Origin: Folioceros fuciformis | Lineage: Eukaryota | Length of the DNA: 64,000 bases | Assembly (NCBI GenBank): GCA_049999805.1 | Contig: JBNGIO010006283.1 | Location: 234,742 to 298,741, forward strand | Direction: 5' to 3' | Part shown: positions 1-11,810 of the stretch, in pieces | Layout of the letters: each line of letters opens with the position of its first letter | Position numbering within the stretch: the first letter of the stretch is position 1 | Translations under genes and position numbers: made by a program | Notes under the pieces: model-generated | What the model saw: only the letters and a program-made list of their open reading frames with translations | Database searches by the model: none | What the model was told of the DNA's origin: nothing

Positions 1-177
1 AGCGCACGTTTGGGAATAATGATGCCTGCTATCGTCAACACAAGGTGCAGGTTTTACTTTGAACACATCCGCTTGAAATTGAACCTGCTCAACTCTTTTG
101 GATTTGAAAATACATGTTGCTGTGATTCATTACCAATTTGTGTCTCTAAGTATGCAGCCATCTTCTAATCTATGCAG

Positions 178-3100
178 GCGAATGAGGCTGTCTGTCGAGT
201 TGATATTGACAATGTCCCTCCACTTTCACTTTCTGCGTCATCAGGCGTTGACCTCTATGGGACTGAGAAGTATGGATCCCTCGGAAAAATTCGGGCATTC
301 AAATCAGTGGGTCTTTCCAGCTATCACAATTCTCTGTAGGTTGCTTTGTTAAGCATGCAGTCTGCAAGGCAATGTGTGTACCTTGCCATTCTGCCTTCTA
401 TCTCAGTGGCACGTTTGGTTGTTTACTTTCTTGATCTCACTGTGGGATTCTGATTGGAGCATTTGCCAGTAGATTACTTCGCTCGTCTCTGATCTCATTA
501 GCATGTTTGATTGTCTCCTTGCTGTCATGTATGGCATTCTGATTGGAGAAGTCAGTGGCATTTTTTTTTTTTTTTGGCTCTGTTCTACATTCTGTGTTCT
601 AACCAGGCACTTGTTCCGGACAGTTTGCGATTGTACAAATGCTGGAAAAGCAAATGGGCCCCGACAGCTTTCGAAAGGTATGCTGGGCAGCAGACACTGT
701 AGTGTAGAGGTGCGGCTGCTGTGTTTGCTTTTTGTATTCATGACGTGTATGTGTATACAGATTCTGCAAAGGATAATTATTAGAACACATGAGGACAACT
801 CGTCCAAGGATACTAAAGCCGCAAGAACTCTGAGCACTAAGGAAGTAAGAAAATCCAGAATGTCTATGGTTGTCAGAGCTCGTCTGAAATAAATTGGCTC
901 GACAAGCATCTTTGTAAGCTTATTCTAACGATGATGCTTCTTGTAGTTCCGCCATTTTGCCATGAAGATTGGAAATTTGGAGCGTCCCTTTCTTAAGGAT
1001 TTTTTCCCTCGATGGGTTGAGTCGCAAGGTTGCCCCATTTTACGGTCTGTACCGTACTCCCTGGTTGAGTTTCAAGAACCTGCAATAGACTTATTCGTAA
1101 GGACATGATTGCACGTGTGCCGTAGGCAATGATGGTTTTAAATATGAAAACATGCGAATGCTGTGACTGTTCATTTATCACCATCTTTCGACTGAGGTTA
1201 TAGTGCAGCATGTCTGAGGCGTGTTTAGTAAGTTTTGTTATCAGTGGATGACGTTGAAGACCTGACTATGTCCATATTTGACAGATTGGGATATTCTTAC
1301 AACAAGAGACGAAACATGGTAGAACTTGCAGTGCAACGAGATTCCACAGCCTCGTCTGACACACCTCGTGTAGGCAAGGATGAAACGGATGATGGTAGTA
1401 TGAAAAACATGCACACAGGGTGGCCTGGGATGATGAGTGTGAGAATACATGAACTAGATGGTATGTACGACCATCCTAGTCTTCCAATGGCTGGGGATCC
1501 CTATCAGCTTTTGGAGCTGCAGTGCCACTCAAAACTGGCAGGCCGTCGTGTACCACGTCCCAAGAAAGGAAGCAAAGTTGATCCAAATGAAGACATTGTT
1601 GAGATTGCAAGCCAAAAGTAAGGAAGGAGATAATGTAGGCTCCATCCATTGGAGTCCTTCTATTGCAAAGCAAGAGTTTTGGCCATGTAGACAATCAGTT
1701 CTGATTCCATTGGTTGATGCCCTTGTAAACGTGTGAATTTCTTGTGCAGCTTGGAGTCCCCCCTATTGTGGTTGCGGGCAGATCCTGGGATGGAATATCT
1801 GGCTGAAATCCACCTCTATCAATCCGAACAGATGTGGGTAAGAGTTGCAGAAGTTTTTCTTGCTGTTGGAGAATAGTCATTGGGAACGCATGTTTTACTG
1901 CTGAAGAGGCATGTTCATGATGTCCGGTGGGCCTGTTTTGCGTATATTAGATCAACCAGCTGGAGAGAGAGAGAGATGTGGCTGGACAAGTGCTCGCAAT
2001 CAATGAGTTGCGGGCTCTCCCTCGACCTTCTTTTGCTGTAGTTACTGCTTTGAGCAATTGTCTGAATGATAGCAAGGTTACGATCCCTCTCTTTTATCAT
2101 GTCTGATTTGGTAATCGGTGACTTGCCCACTGGTATCAAACTGATGTGGGCACATGCAGGTCTTTTGCAGGGTGCGGATTGAAGCTGCTTCAGCTCTTGC
2201 AAGCACTGCTACAGAGGTTGGATATTTGGAACTTATGATTCTGGCTTGCAAAGTTTTGCCCTGTGCGCTGTCTCAGTTTGAGCTGGTTGTTGCAGACCAC
2301 CAACTGGGCAGGGTTGTCCCATCTCATCAAGTTTTACAAGAACTCTTGCTTTGATTTGGACCTGGGCCTTCCAAAGTACAACTCTACACTGTTTTGTGTC
2401 ATGCACTCGTGGATGATTTGGTACCTTCTTCTAGATTACCTCTGGTTTAATTTTACCACGGAATTATATCTTGGTTTCGTGGTTTCTTTTAGGCCAAACG
2501 ACTTCCAAGATGTGGCTGAGTACTTCGTTCTTCAGGTGAGGATTAGCAGACTAGATGACTGTGCATGATATGTCACAGAACATAAATTACTAGGCACTTC
2601 ACTGGTGCATACATTCGGCCTTGATTCTCTAGGTTATGACAAACCTGATTTTGTATTATGGCTGTAGGCTATTCCTGGGTCGGTTGCAGCAGTTCGTGGG
2701 TCAGATGGGAAGAGTCCTCCTGAAGCAGCAGAGTTTGTGCTGCACATTTTGAAGGTGCTCTCTCTTACCAGCTTCTGTGCCACCTTTTTTTAGCTAGAAG
2801 AAGTTGAAGTTGGCCTTATACCATCCTGTGCTTGCAGCATAACGACAATAGTGGGAACATGTTCTCTGATGTGTTCTGGCTGGCGTCTGTCATAGAATCT
2901 GTGGGGAACTTCGCCTTCGGTCAACAGGTATTTTGTGTTTCTTACTCAGCTCACGCTTCGATTACAGATCACCTGTGGGAGTTGCACCTTTAGCTTTCAA
3001 TGTTGTGTCAGACAATGAAGATCCTCTTCAAAATTGTGAAGCAAATTGATCACTATCTACAGTACGACAGGTGTGTCTAGACCGTCTGTTGCTATTTTCG

Positions 3101-5198
3101 CGGTATGGTAATGGATGCTGATAGTGGACTGTTCTTGATCAAATGGTTGGATCGTGTCAGGATCGTGTCAAGTTTCAATGGGCTTCTGACGACCAGCTGC
3201 ATAAGAACATTGACCAAACTTTCTTTGAAATTGCACAATCCCACTTCAACGGTAGAGAGGCTAGCCTTTCCTCAGAGATTAAAGCGAATTTGCATCATCA
3301 TTGTCAGAGCTCTGTGCTTGGAGATGATTGACTGGATGATGGTGTACTGGGTTTTGGATTTCAGAGCAAGATGCAACAGATTCTTTTGCCACTGAAGGAT
3401 GCTGCGTCCACTGAACAAAAGGTTCGAGTGGCTGCATTAAGAGCTCTTCTAGACATCGAGTGTCTTTGGAAGGGATATGATGCGGCTGTGAGTTTGGCCA
3501 TGGATTTTGTTGCAGCTGAACCATCAATAAGAGGTCGGAAATAGAGCTGTTATTCTCAGATTTTGCATATCTGGTTGAGAAGCAGAGATATCCTGACGGA
3601 AAATTTGTCTGTGTTTCAGTTCAAAGTAAGGTGTTCTCCCACCTGTTTAGAACTGCCTTTGTAAGGAAACCAACAAGTGTCGTGGATGTCACCGCCCCAA
3701 CCTTGATAAGCATTCTGCGATTTCTGGACAGCAAAGCTGCACGCCGGAATGTCCAGCTTCGGCATGCTACCTTTGGTCTCCTCCAAGTTCTTGCCGGAAG
3801 GTGATTTTGAATTGATCCATGCTTCATAGGATCTGTTGTGGCTCCCACAATTCATGATTGAAGTATGGCTTGTTACAATCGTGCGATATCCTCATGAAGG
3901 TGGTTTGTGTGGCCTGCAGACCAGCTACGTTATACCGCCTCGACACTTCAGCGAGCGTCCAGGCACAGAAAGCTCACGACACTCCTGCACCAGCGAAGAC
4001 AGTCATTACCCCTCAAGTCCGATCCTTGAAACCGCGGGAACTTTCAAAACCAGTTCCCGCTGATAGCCCTGCCACTCCCATGGCCACCCTCCGCCTCGAA
4101 CCTCCGCGCCGTATACGTCTGGTGAACAACATCCGCCCTGGCATCTCGAAGGAGGCAGAATCAACTCCCACACATAGTGCTAGTAGCTCAGGTGGGGCCA
4201 GGCAGATTGATGACAAGAGGACTGTGGGGAAGGTGAAATTGCGCCTGAAACCATCCTTAGACGTCATCAACCAGGTAGAGGCTGCTTTGAACCGGAGCTC
4301 CCCTGGGGGTGTGGGGACATCTCCAGTTCCTGACGAGGCACACAGTCGAGGAAGGAGCGACAACAACATGCCTGCAGACGTGGTTGATGGGGGCAGGCGT
4401 ATAGATACTAGGACTAAGGAGGAGGAGGATTTTCAGGGTGGGCAAGGTCTGATGCGGCTCTTGACTGATGACAGTCCTGTCCGAAGGGAATCCATGGGAT
4501 TTGGATCTGGGCTAGCTGGTGGCCTGCACGGTGCCCAGATCTTCCGAGATGAGGGAGGCGGGTCGGAGTTGGAGCTTGGTGAAATCCCTTCAGACAAGCC
4601 TGCCGAGGGGGTAGGAGTAGCACTGCTGCAACCCTCTCCCTGTGCTGATGGGTCTGAAGGAAATGTGGTCGTGCCAGGCAATGTAACCTCCCCACCGACT
4701 GGGGAGAAATCTCACCGCAAGGACAAGAAGCAGAAGAAGGAGAAGAAGGAGAAGAAAGACAAGGATAAGAAGGAGAAAAGAGACAAGAAAGAGAAGAAGG
4801 ACAAAGAAAGCAAGTTGAAGCAGGATCAAATAGCTGGGGACGATAAGGACGACAAACACGATAAGAAGGAGAAGCATAAGCATAAGCACAAGAAGAAACG
4901 AAAGCACCAAGACGAGGAGGGGGTAGCAGACGATGGGGCAGGGAAGGCTGACAAGAAGAGGAAGAGAGAAGAGGAGGAGAGCTATGATGGAAAGAAACAC
5001 CGGAGTGAGAAGAAAAAGCTGAAAGCAACAGATCCAGTGGCCACCCACCAAGGGGCTCAAGGGCCGAGTGACCCTGGTGGCACAGTAGGCAGTGTAACGG
5101 TGGGCGCAAAGCCTGCTTCGAATGCTGTAGATACAGGTGGGGAGAGCAATAAAGGCAATCCTGACAGCATCCTTCGTTTGAGAATAAAGAAATTTTAG
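178..5198 (+). CDS. TAF2: Transcription initiation factor TFIID subunit 2, multi-exon, 5' end outside the window
   Basis: Spliced exons read [116 protein letters not shown], all typical of plant TAF2. Last exon ~3920-5198 encodes a K/D/E/H-rich tail, stop TAG 5196-5198. Confidence 0.9.
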
Positions 5199-5593
5199 GA
5201 GTAAATCTAGCCTGTGAAATGCAAGTTGTCCAGGACTTAGCCGATACCATAAGATGGCACCCATGTCCCAAGGGAATCTCATCACAATATCTCTTGGGTG
5301 TGGAGTGGCGTCAACATGAGGGATCCACTCATAAGCGGTAGGGTGCTAATCCAGTCTAGGCCGGTGGCCTAATCTAACCCTAGGCTACCTTAAACTGGCC
5401 CCAATCAGTTCTTGCGAAGACAAAGGGTAGGTGTAGATAGCACAAACTGAGTTGACAAAGTGAGTTCCCTGTAAATATTGAGCTAATCAGCCACCATCTT
5501 AAGATTATTTTCAAGCACATATTTGGTCGCTGGCGAATGGGTTGGGTTGTGTTGGGTTGGTTTGGTTTGGTTTAGAAAGCTAAAGAACACAAA

Positions 5594-5688
5594 TGGCGGC
5601 GGACATGCTCGTTCGTATTCTCCTTACATTCCCAAGGACAGCCTTAGAGATAGCCATGCATGGGTCCCTTGGGACGATGAGGAGGATT
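5594..5688 (+). pseudogene. Duplicated ~95-bp fragment of the neighbouring F-box coding sequence
   Basis: gacatgc..gtattctccttacattc.caagga....gatagccatgcatgggtcccttggg.acga.gaggaggat matches ~7185-7280 with substitutions and small indels. Confidence 0.8.
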
Positions 5689-6209
5689 TTTATATTTCGT
5701 GTATAGACAAGACTTGGGATTGTAAAATTATCTACTTAATGAGATAAAAAGGTAACAGGAATGTGTGTTAGGAAAAAAACAAAAAACAAAAAAGTCCCAT
5801 ATATGGCCATTTCTAGAGGTGGCATAGCGATTTGAAAACGATGGGGGAAGCCCATTCGTAGAATCCCGCCTGAAGATAATAGGGTGCGATGAATAGGCCA
5901 TTGTGTAGCAGGCAATTAAGATTGGTTATTTCCCAAAGAAGAAGAAGATCCATCCTAAGTTAGAAGTGCATGAAGTTCAAGCGTGGAAGCTGAAGCTGGT
6001 TGGTACATATTTTGCCTTGGTACCAAGCCTTGGGGACCTTGGTGGTGTCGGGATGTTTGTGTAGACACAGAGGTGTGACACCAGTGGAAGGGGCAAAACG
6101 GGAAGGTGAAGGGGTTGAGATAGTAGATGATGCAGAGGTACTGGGGTCTGGGATAGATACGGAGTACCTGGGCTCCTCGACTGGTACCCAGGAGGTACCG
6201 GACTCCGGT

Positions 6210-7625
6210 ATGGATGCGTTAGAGCGTGCAGGTTTGTGGAGCGAGATACCTAATGATGTGCGGATCTTGATCCTTCTGAGGCTTCCGGCAACAAGCCTCC
6301 TGCGGTTTCGTGTCGTATGCAGAGACTGGAAGGATGAAATATCGTCGCCGGCCTTTTGGCATGAGCGGCAAGCATTACAGGGGGGAGAGAGAGACCGGAT
6401 GTTATTCGTCATAGGCGTCAAATCTGGGGTGCATGAATCCTCGTGTGTCTACGATCCCGCCTTCAAAACCTGGTACAAGCTCCAGCACTCTTCATGGCTG
6501 CCAAGCATGTTGCCCCAAATGGCGGAGCAGCTGCCACGTGATCCAGTACTTGCGTGGATGGAGCTCATACCATCGTATCCAGGTTTCGGCATGGTCATGT
6601 GCGTCAGGTCTTCCAGGGAGCAGGAAGCGGGGAAGATGGGAAACCTGTGTGTGGGCAATCCGTTGGCGAATTCCTGGCTCTGCCTGCCGCCTCTTCCAGA
6701 TGAATCAAAGATGATGGACTTGCGCGGCCTGTTCGTGGATGATAGGGCGCGATGCTTTAAGCTGGTGGCGTTGAGGGACAATCGGCAGGGTGCCGCGCAG
6801 AGGGACAGACCTGTCGTCACTTCTGTCTTCGATTCTGCAGTCTGGAGATGGTTTGAGACGAGCAGCCCCTTGGAAATCCCCGTGGGAGTGTTAGGTCGGC
6901 GGAGGAATCACCTCGGGGTGTTTCTGGGCCGCGTGCTTTACTGTGTCACCAGCGTCATCGATTCCTGCGATCTGGTGACATACGATCTGGAGCAGAGCAG
7001 GTGGGGGTGGATGCCTGTGGCCCAACCTCAGGATCACGGCAGATTAATTTTTTTCAGGTCCGTGATGAAGATTCGGGACCGGCTCTTGGGTCTGGCCGTA
7101 AGGCGGAACCTTCCTGCACCTACCCTTGAAGGAAAGCTGTCCGTCCAGATATGGGAGCTGAATTTGGAGCGTAGAGCCTGGACAGTGGTGGCCGACATGC
7201 CGCCCGGTATTCTCCTTACATTCGCAAGGAAAACCCTGCAGATAGCCATGCATGGGTCCCTTGGGGACGACGAGGAGGATCTCGTCGATGGCGACATCAA
7301 CTCCATCGCCAGGTTCAGCATCGAGTTTGCTTGTCGCATGAACATGGTGGCAGGCCAGGATGAAGTATACGTCTTGCAGGACCACCAGCCTCTGTCGACC
7401 GATCCGGACGACGAAGATAGCGACGACGTTGTGAAGCAGGATGTCCACGAAGACAAGATTGTGGCTGTCGATTTCCGCAACACGCCTCCGACCTGGTCTT
7501 GGCTTCCCTCTTACCCTCACTGTCCGAGTGGATGGAAAAGTTCCATGTGCGTCTGCGTCGATCCTTGCTTCCAGTTCGGCTCCTGGAAGGAACACGGAGA
7601 GTTGGTGCCCGACTCTAAGTCCTGA
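6210..7625 (+). CDS. Intronless F-box protein with kelch/FBA-like C-terminal region
   Basis: First ATG at 6210. F-box motif WSEIPNDVRILILLRLPATSLLRFRVVCRDWK, followed by YDPAFKTWYKL, VGNPLANSWLCLPPLP and IWELNLERRAWTVVADMP. Confidence 0.88.
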   Translation: MDALERAGLWSEIPNDVRILILLRLPATSLLRFRVVCRDWKDEISSPAFWHERQALQGGERDRMLFVIGVKSGVHESSCVYDPAFKTWYKLQHSSWLPSMLPQMAEQLPRDPVLAWMELIPSYPGFGMVMCVRSSREQEAGKMGNLCVGNPLANSWLCLPPLPDESKMMDLRGLFVDDRARCFKLVALRDNRQGAAQRDRPVVTSVFDSAVWRWFETSSPLEIPVGVLGRRRNHLGVFLGRVLYCVTSVIDSCDLVTYDLEQSRWGWMPVAQPQDHGRLIFFRSVMKIRDRLLGLAVRRNLPAPTLEGKLSVQIWELNLERRAWTVVADMPPGILLTFARKTLQIAMHGSLGDDEEDLVDGDINSIARFSIEFACRMNMVAGQDEVYVLQDHQPLSTDPDDEDSDDVVKQDVHEDKIVAVDFRNTPPTWSWLPSYPHCPSGWKSSMCVCVDPCFQFGSWKEHGELVPDSKS

Positions 7626-7992
7626 TTCTGGAACTCTAACTCATGCATGATGTTGGGACTCTATGTTATGGAACTCTCAAACAAGGTATCTTAGTAACTC
7701 TTAGTAACCTACTTTGCCTAAGCTAAACTATGCCTTAGTTACATACCTGCAACACACTCCTCCGTGCTGAAATTGGGATAGTCTGGGCCTTGCGCTTTTA
7801 TTTATATTGAGCTTCTATAGGGGTAATATGTGCATCCAACTTTTAAACATTTTGCGCTCCAATCGGTACAATACCATAGAGTGCTCACATTTCCGGTGAT
7901 GGAATTCCTTTTTAGTGACTTCACTAGCTAACTAATTTGCACCACACTTTATGTTCGTTTGTCCACAAATATAGCGTATGTTGGGAGAGGAA

Positions 7993-8315
7993 ATGGATCC
8001 AAGCAAAGAATGCTTACTCCTAGCATATAGTATATGCTGGGAGAGCAAATGGACGTAGATGTAAGAAACATCTACCTACAGGCTAAGATAAGTCCAAAAA
8101 AATTCTTGAACAATGATATGGGCTTGAAGATAGGGGAACTTACATGGTGAAGTCCCACGCTGAGAAGATCATTGCCAAGGGAGTGCATCATAGAAGCTTA
8201 CATATGTAAGTTTCGTGGAAACGTATATGCAGTTGCGGATAGCAACTACACTGATGGTGTGTCTAGGAAATCGAGAACTAAGCTTTGGCATGAGCGCTTA
8301 TGAAATTTGGGAGCA
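7993..8315 (+). mobile_element. Degenerate Ty1/Copia-like pol fragment (GAG-pre-integrase region)
   Basis: Broken frames give GTYMVKSHAEKIIAKGVHHRSLHM* and SRTKLWHERL*NLG, resembling the Copia 'VIA.G.R..LY' and 'LWHxRLGH' motifs. 7993-8108 recurs at 11388-11500. Confidence 0.45.
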
Positions 8316-8684
8316 TGAAATGAGCTAAGCTACCATGATGTTCAAAGAAACCAAATGCACGTCCTTGCCTTCTTGAGAAGTGTTGAATAACCATCTGCCA
8401 GCAATTAATGCGGTGATCCATCTTTGATCATGGAACGTTCTTGTGCTACCATTGTTGTGGAAATACATACTCGTAGGCAAGTAAGGGGTCTGAAACAAAA
8501 TGCTGCTATTCCCTTTTATTCACACCTTTCAATGATCCACAATTTAATAGTGCTAGCCTACTAGGACGTGTACACTATGTGATCGCTGCATGTTGTTGGA
8601 ACATCCAAGGGTCTTAGCCGCAAGTTAGTAAACTTTAACTTGAAGGAGTAGGCTAGAACGCTTGTCAAAATCATGATCAACTAA

Positions 8685-10229
8685 TCAACTGCTGAGTTGC
8701 AGCCACGGATCCACTGAGTGCAAACTTTTGTTCAAAAGACTCTTGTAAGGCAAGGTGGGGAGCCAGCTCCAGACTGCATGCGTTTCTAGCATGCCGACAG
8801 CCACAATGTCGACTATGTGGTCTAGATCCATATGGTCATGCATAATGTATACCTGGTCTAGCCCGGCCACAATCTTCATCCCAATGGCTAGCATGTGCGT
8901 GATATATTCCAAAGTTTGATTATGGCTATCCATGTGTGACAATGGGCCCATGAAGCGAGGGACCATGGCCACGGGCATGGCAGCCACCACCTTCCAAGTA
9001 ATGCTCGCTAGATCCAACTCCCATACGTGCACGCAAAATGCTATTTCTTCATAGCTAGGTACCCCCTGGGAGTCCACTCCTACAGCGACGCACAACAGTC
9101 GATCTTGTACGTTAACGGGCCCCTTACATGAAACCATTTGGAAGCCGGGAGGAATTGCCACATTTGACCAACTCCACATAGCCTGCTTTAGATCGTAGGT
9201 CAAGAGATTACACCTTTTGGTAAGGTAGTATAGCACAGTGCCCCTAAACACTCCTTGATGGGACTCGTTCTGGATGTTGTGAACGAAGCTTTCAGCCAGG
9301 TCAGGCACGTTCAACGTGCAGGTTGTCACGCTCCAGCCATCATGCATGGAATCAAATATCAAAGTCGAAATGGGTAAGGGAGGATGGCCACTAGATGGCC
9401 ATATCCTCTCCACCACCACCACCTTGAAGTGGCACATATTTTCGTCCACAAATATTCCCCGTACATCTTGGATCCCCAAGTTATTTGGGAGAGCCGGCAG
9501 GCGAGCCCAGGTGCGCGTCACAGGGTTGCCCAGGTATGGGACTGCGTCCTCCATCCCTGAAGACATGGACAAAAGCACACCGCCGCCCGCCGTCACTACA
9601 GGAAGATCCAAATGTGAGAAGAGTTGGAAGAGGTCGACGATTCTTGTGGAGAGCTCATCATGAAGCTTTGTCGGGGGCGAGTCACTATCGTAGAGCTGGT
9701 GTGATAGTTCTAGAGCATGTGGCGACAACTGGAGCTTATGCCAACAGTCTACGTCAGGGTCGTAGATACACGAGGCCATGCCCAAGTCGGGTGTCAAGCC
9801 TACCACAAACAACATTCGTTCTCGCGACGTCTCCAACTTCTCTTTTAGTAGGAATGATGATGATCCAGCCTCATTCCACGATGCACACACCGTGCGTGCC
9901 CGGACTAGGCTTGCCATAGGCAACTTTGCCAAGATGGTAATTAGCAAATCTGAACACAACTCGCTGCATTCCGTTTTGCTTCCGTTCGCATTCATTGAAC
10001 TAGGCTTCGCTGAGACTATCTTGCCATTATCTCCCTCCATGCGGTTGCATAACCACTCCTTCTCGTCCTCCAAGTCCGTCGACCCCGATTCCCTCGCTCT
10101 CTTAAACATTGTTTTAATGGTTGAACTAAGCAACTTAAAATGGGCCGATAATGAACACAACTTAGACATTGTTGTAATGGCTAAACTAAGCAACTTAAAG
10201 TGGACCGATAATGAACACAACTTAAGCAT
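8685..10229 (-). CDS. Intronless F-box protein, divergent paralog of 6210-7625; true start may be a downstream Met
   Basis: F-box SELCSDLLITILAKLPMASLVRARTVCASWN. Shares RMLFVVG, CIYDP, GNPVTRTWARLPALP, LLTYDL, VWELD..W.VVA.MP and WSWLP blocks with the upstream F-box gene. Confidence 0.85.
   Translation of the reverse strand: MLKLCSLSVHFKLLSLAITTMSKLCSLSAHFKLLSSTIKTMFKRARESGSTDLEDEKEWLCNRMEGDNGKIVSAKPSSMNANGSKTECSELCSDLLITILAKLPMASLVRARTVCASWNEAGSSSFLLKEKLETSRERMLFVVGLTPDLGMASCIYDPDVDCWHKLQLSPHALELSHQLYDSDSPPTKLHDELSTRIVDLFQLFSHLDLPVVTAGGGVLLSMSSGMEDAVPYLGNPVTRTWARLPALPNNLGIQDVRGIFVDENMCHFKVVVVERIWPSSGHPPLPISTLIFDSMHDGWSVTTCTLNVPDLAESFVHNIQNESHQGVFRGTVLYYLTKRCNLLTYDLKQAMWSWSNVAIPPGFQMVSCKGPVNVQDRLLCVAVGVDSQGVPSYEEIAFCVHVWELDLASITWKVVAAMPVAMVPRFMGPLSHMDSHNQTLEYITHMLAIGMKIVAGLDQVYIMHDHMDLDHIVDIVAVGMLETHAVWSWLPTLPYKSLLNKSLHSVDPWLQLSS
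10101..10229. repeat. 60-bp tandem duplication (just over two copies)
   Basis: 10101-10160 and 10161-10220 are near-identical, giving the repeated peptide KLCSLSxHFKLLS in the ORF N-terminus. Confidence 0.9.
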
Positions 10230-10489
10230 GGAATATAATCACTTTTCTTTGTACTTCATTTTCATGCATGGTGCTTTAGCATATATAGATGATCACAAAG
10301 CTTTCCTTCTGTTTTTTGAGCTAAATATATCCAAGTATACATTGCAAGGATATATTTATCTCGAACCCCTATATGTATAATATAGTCCTATTCGGCTCAT
10401 ATAACATATACATGTCAAAAGCCAAAGCAAAGGTATTTGGGGCACGAAGAGCAACCTTGGTCACCTTCGGCACTGGCGATGTTTGGGTG

Positions 10490-10517
10490 TAGGGTATAGG
10501 GTATAGGGTATAGGGTA
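10490..10517. repeat. (TAGGGTA)4 telomere-like variant repeat
   Basis: tagggtatagggtatagggtatagggta, one base different from plant TTTAGGG. Confidence 0.75.
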
Positions 10518-10772
10518 ATGCTACAGGCAAATGCTAGAGCATGCGCATTTCTGAAATCGCACTAGATGTGGGTTGCACTTAGCAAGCTTGAAGCTGCTGT
10601 AGCGAGCGTGAATCCCTACAGCATGAGGAAGTAGTCAAAGAGATAAACAATTGAGTTATGTTCTTTCCTCTTCTTCTTCTGTTAAGTGTGTTGGTCTTCT
10701 CCTGCTGTTGCATGGAGAGAGAGCTTGTCATGTGAGGCATCCATTCCAAGAATCTTGCGAGGGTTTCGAAGG

Positions 10773-11050
10773 ATGGATGGGGAGTTGGATGTAGCGAGCG
10801 AGTTGCCTCTTAATGTCAAGGCCACCAAGATTGTGGCTAGACTAACATTACGAAGCTTGGTGCGGTCGTAGGCACTATGCAAAGTGTGGGAGAAGGAGGT
10901 CTGATCGCCAAGATCTCTCCGAGAGAGGGTGGAGGTGCGAACAATAGGAGGAGAATGGATGGATGTGGCCCATCGTAGGGCACTCCACGGGCCAACGCCT
11001 TGCTTCACCTCCTGGGCCTGCAACTTGGGCTCTGACTGTCGGTTTTACGT
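10773..11050 (+). pseudogene. F-box pseudogene (5' fragment)
   Basis: One frame reads MDGELDVASELPLNVKATKIVARLTLRSLVRS*ALCKVWEKEV*SPRSLRER, an F-box motif with in-frame TAG (10869) and TGA (10902). Confidence 0.7.
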
Positions 11051-11810
11051 GGACTGCAGCAAGCAATGCAACAAGTGTCTCTCCCAATCCTTTACGCATT
11101 ACAAGTTTGTTAGCAATAGAGTTTTGGTTGCCAAACAATTTCTTTTGGAACTAGGATGGAGCTAAGAGAACTCAACTTCCAAAATTGAAGTCAAATTCTC
11201 CTAACCCATCTTTAGCTTAGTGTTTTTTCATCCAAGATTGAATGTAATTGTTGTAATTGTTTATGCAGGCAGTCCAAAAGAAGAAATCTATTGCACTCCA
11301 CTAATGACGAATGTTGTCACGAGACTTAAATGGTAAACCTCCCTACTTGTACTAAGGACATATCGCTTAAGGCTGGGTATCGCAAGTATGGATCCAAGCA
11401 TAAGAATGCTTAGTCCTGGCATATAGTGTATGTTGGGAGAGCAAATGGCCGTAGATGTCGAGAAATATCTACCAAGGCTGAGATAGGTCCAAAAATTTCT
11501 TCTTGTTATTAACATGAAAAATGAGATACGTGGGAACGAAAAGGAACAGCCCTTGCTAGGCCACCCCTTGTGCCCCCAATCGTCCGTCCCGACCTTCCCT
11601 TTCCCTCCCTTTTTCAAGCAGGCCCGCCGTCTGCTCGCTCCCTCTTTCCATCTTGCTTTTGGTTAGGGATCTGGCGTCGTGTGCGCGCGACTGACTCCTT
11701 CTCGCGGAAGGCGTAGTTGCCGTCTTGTGCCGGCAAGGGGTGCGGCTGGCAGGGTTATTTGCATCGGATCGATACCGTCTTCGTGTGCCGGTTGGCCGGT
11801 TTCGGACACC

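Noticed and set aside
4414-5285. Long antisense ORFs (285 and 231 aa)
   Set aside because: Mirror of the low-complexity Lys/Glu/Asp tail of TAF2.
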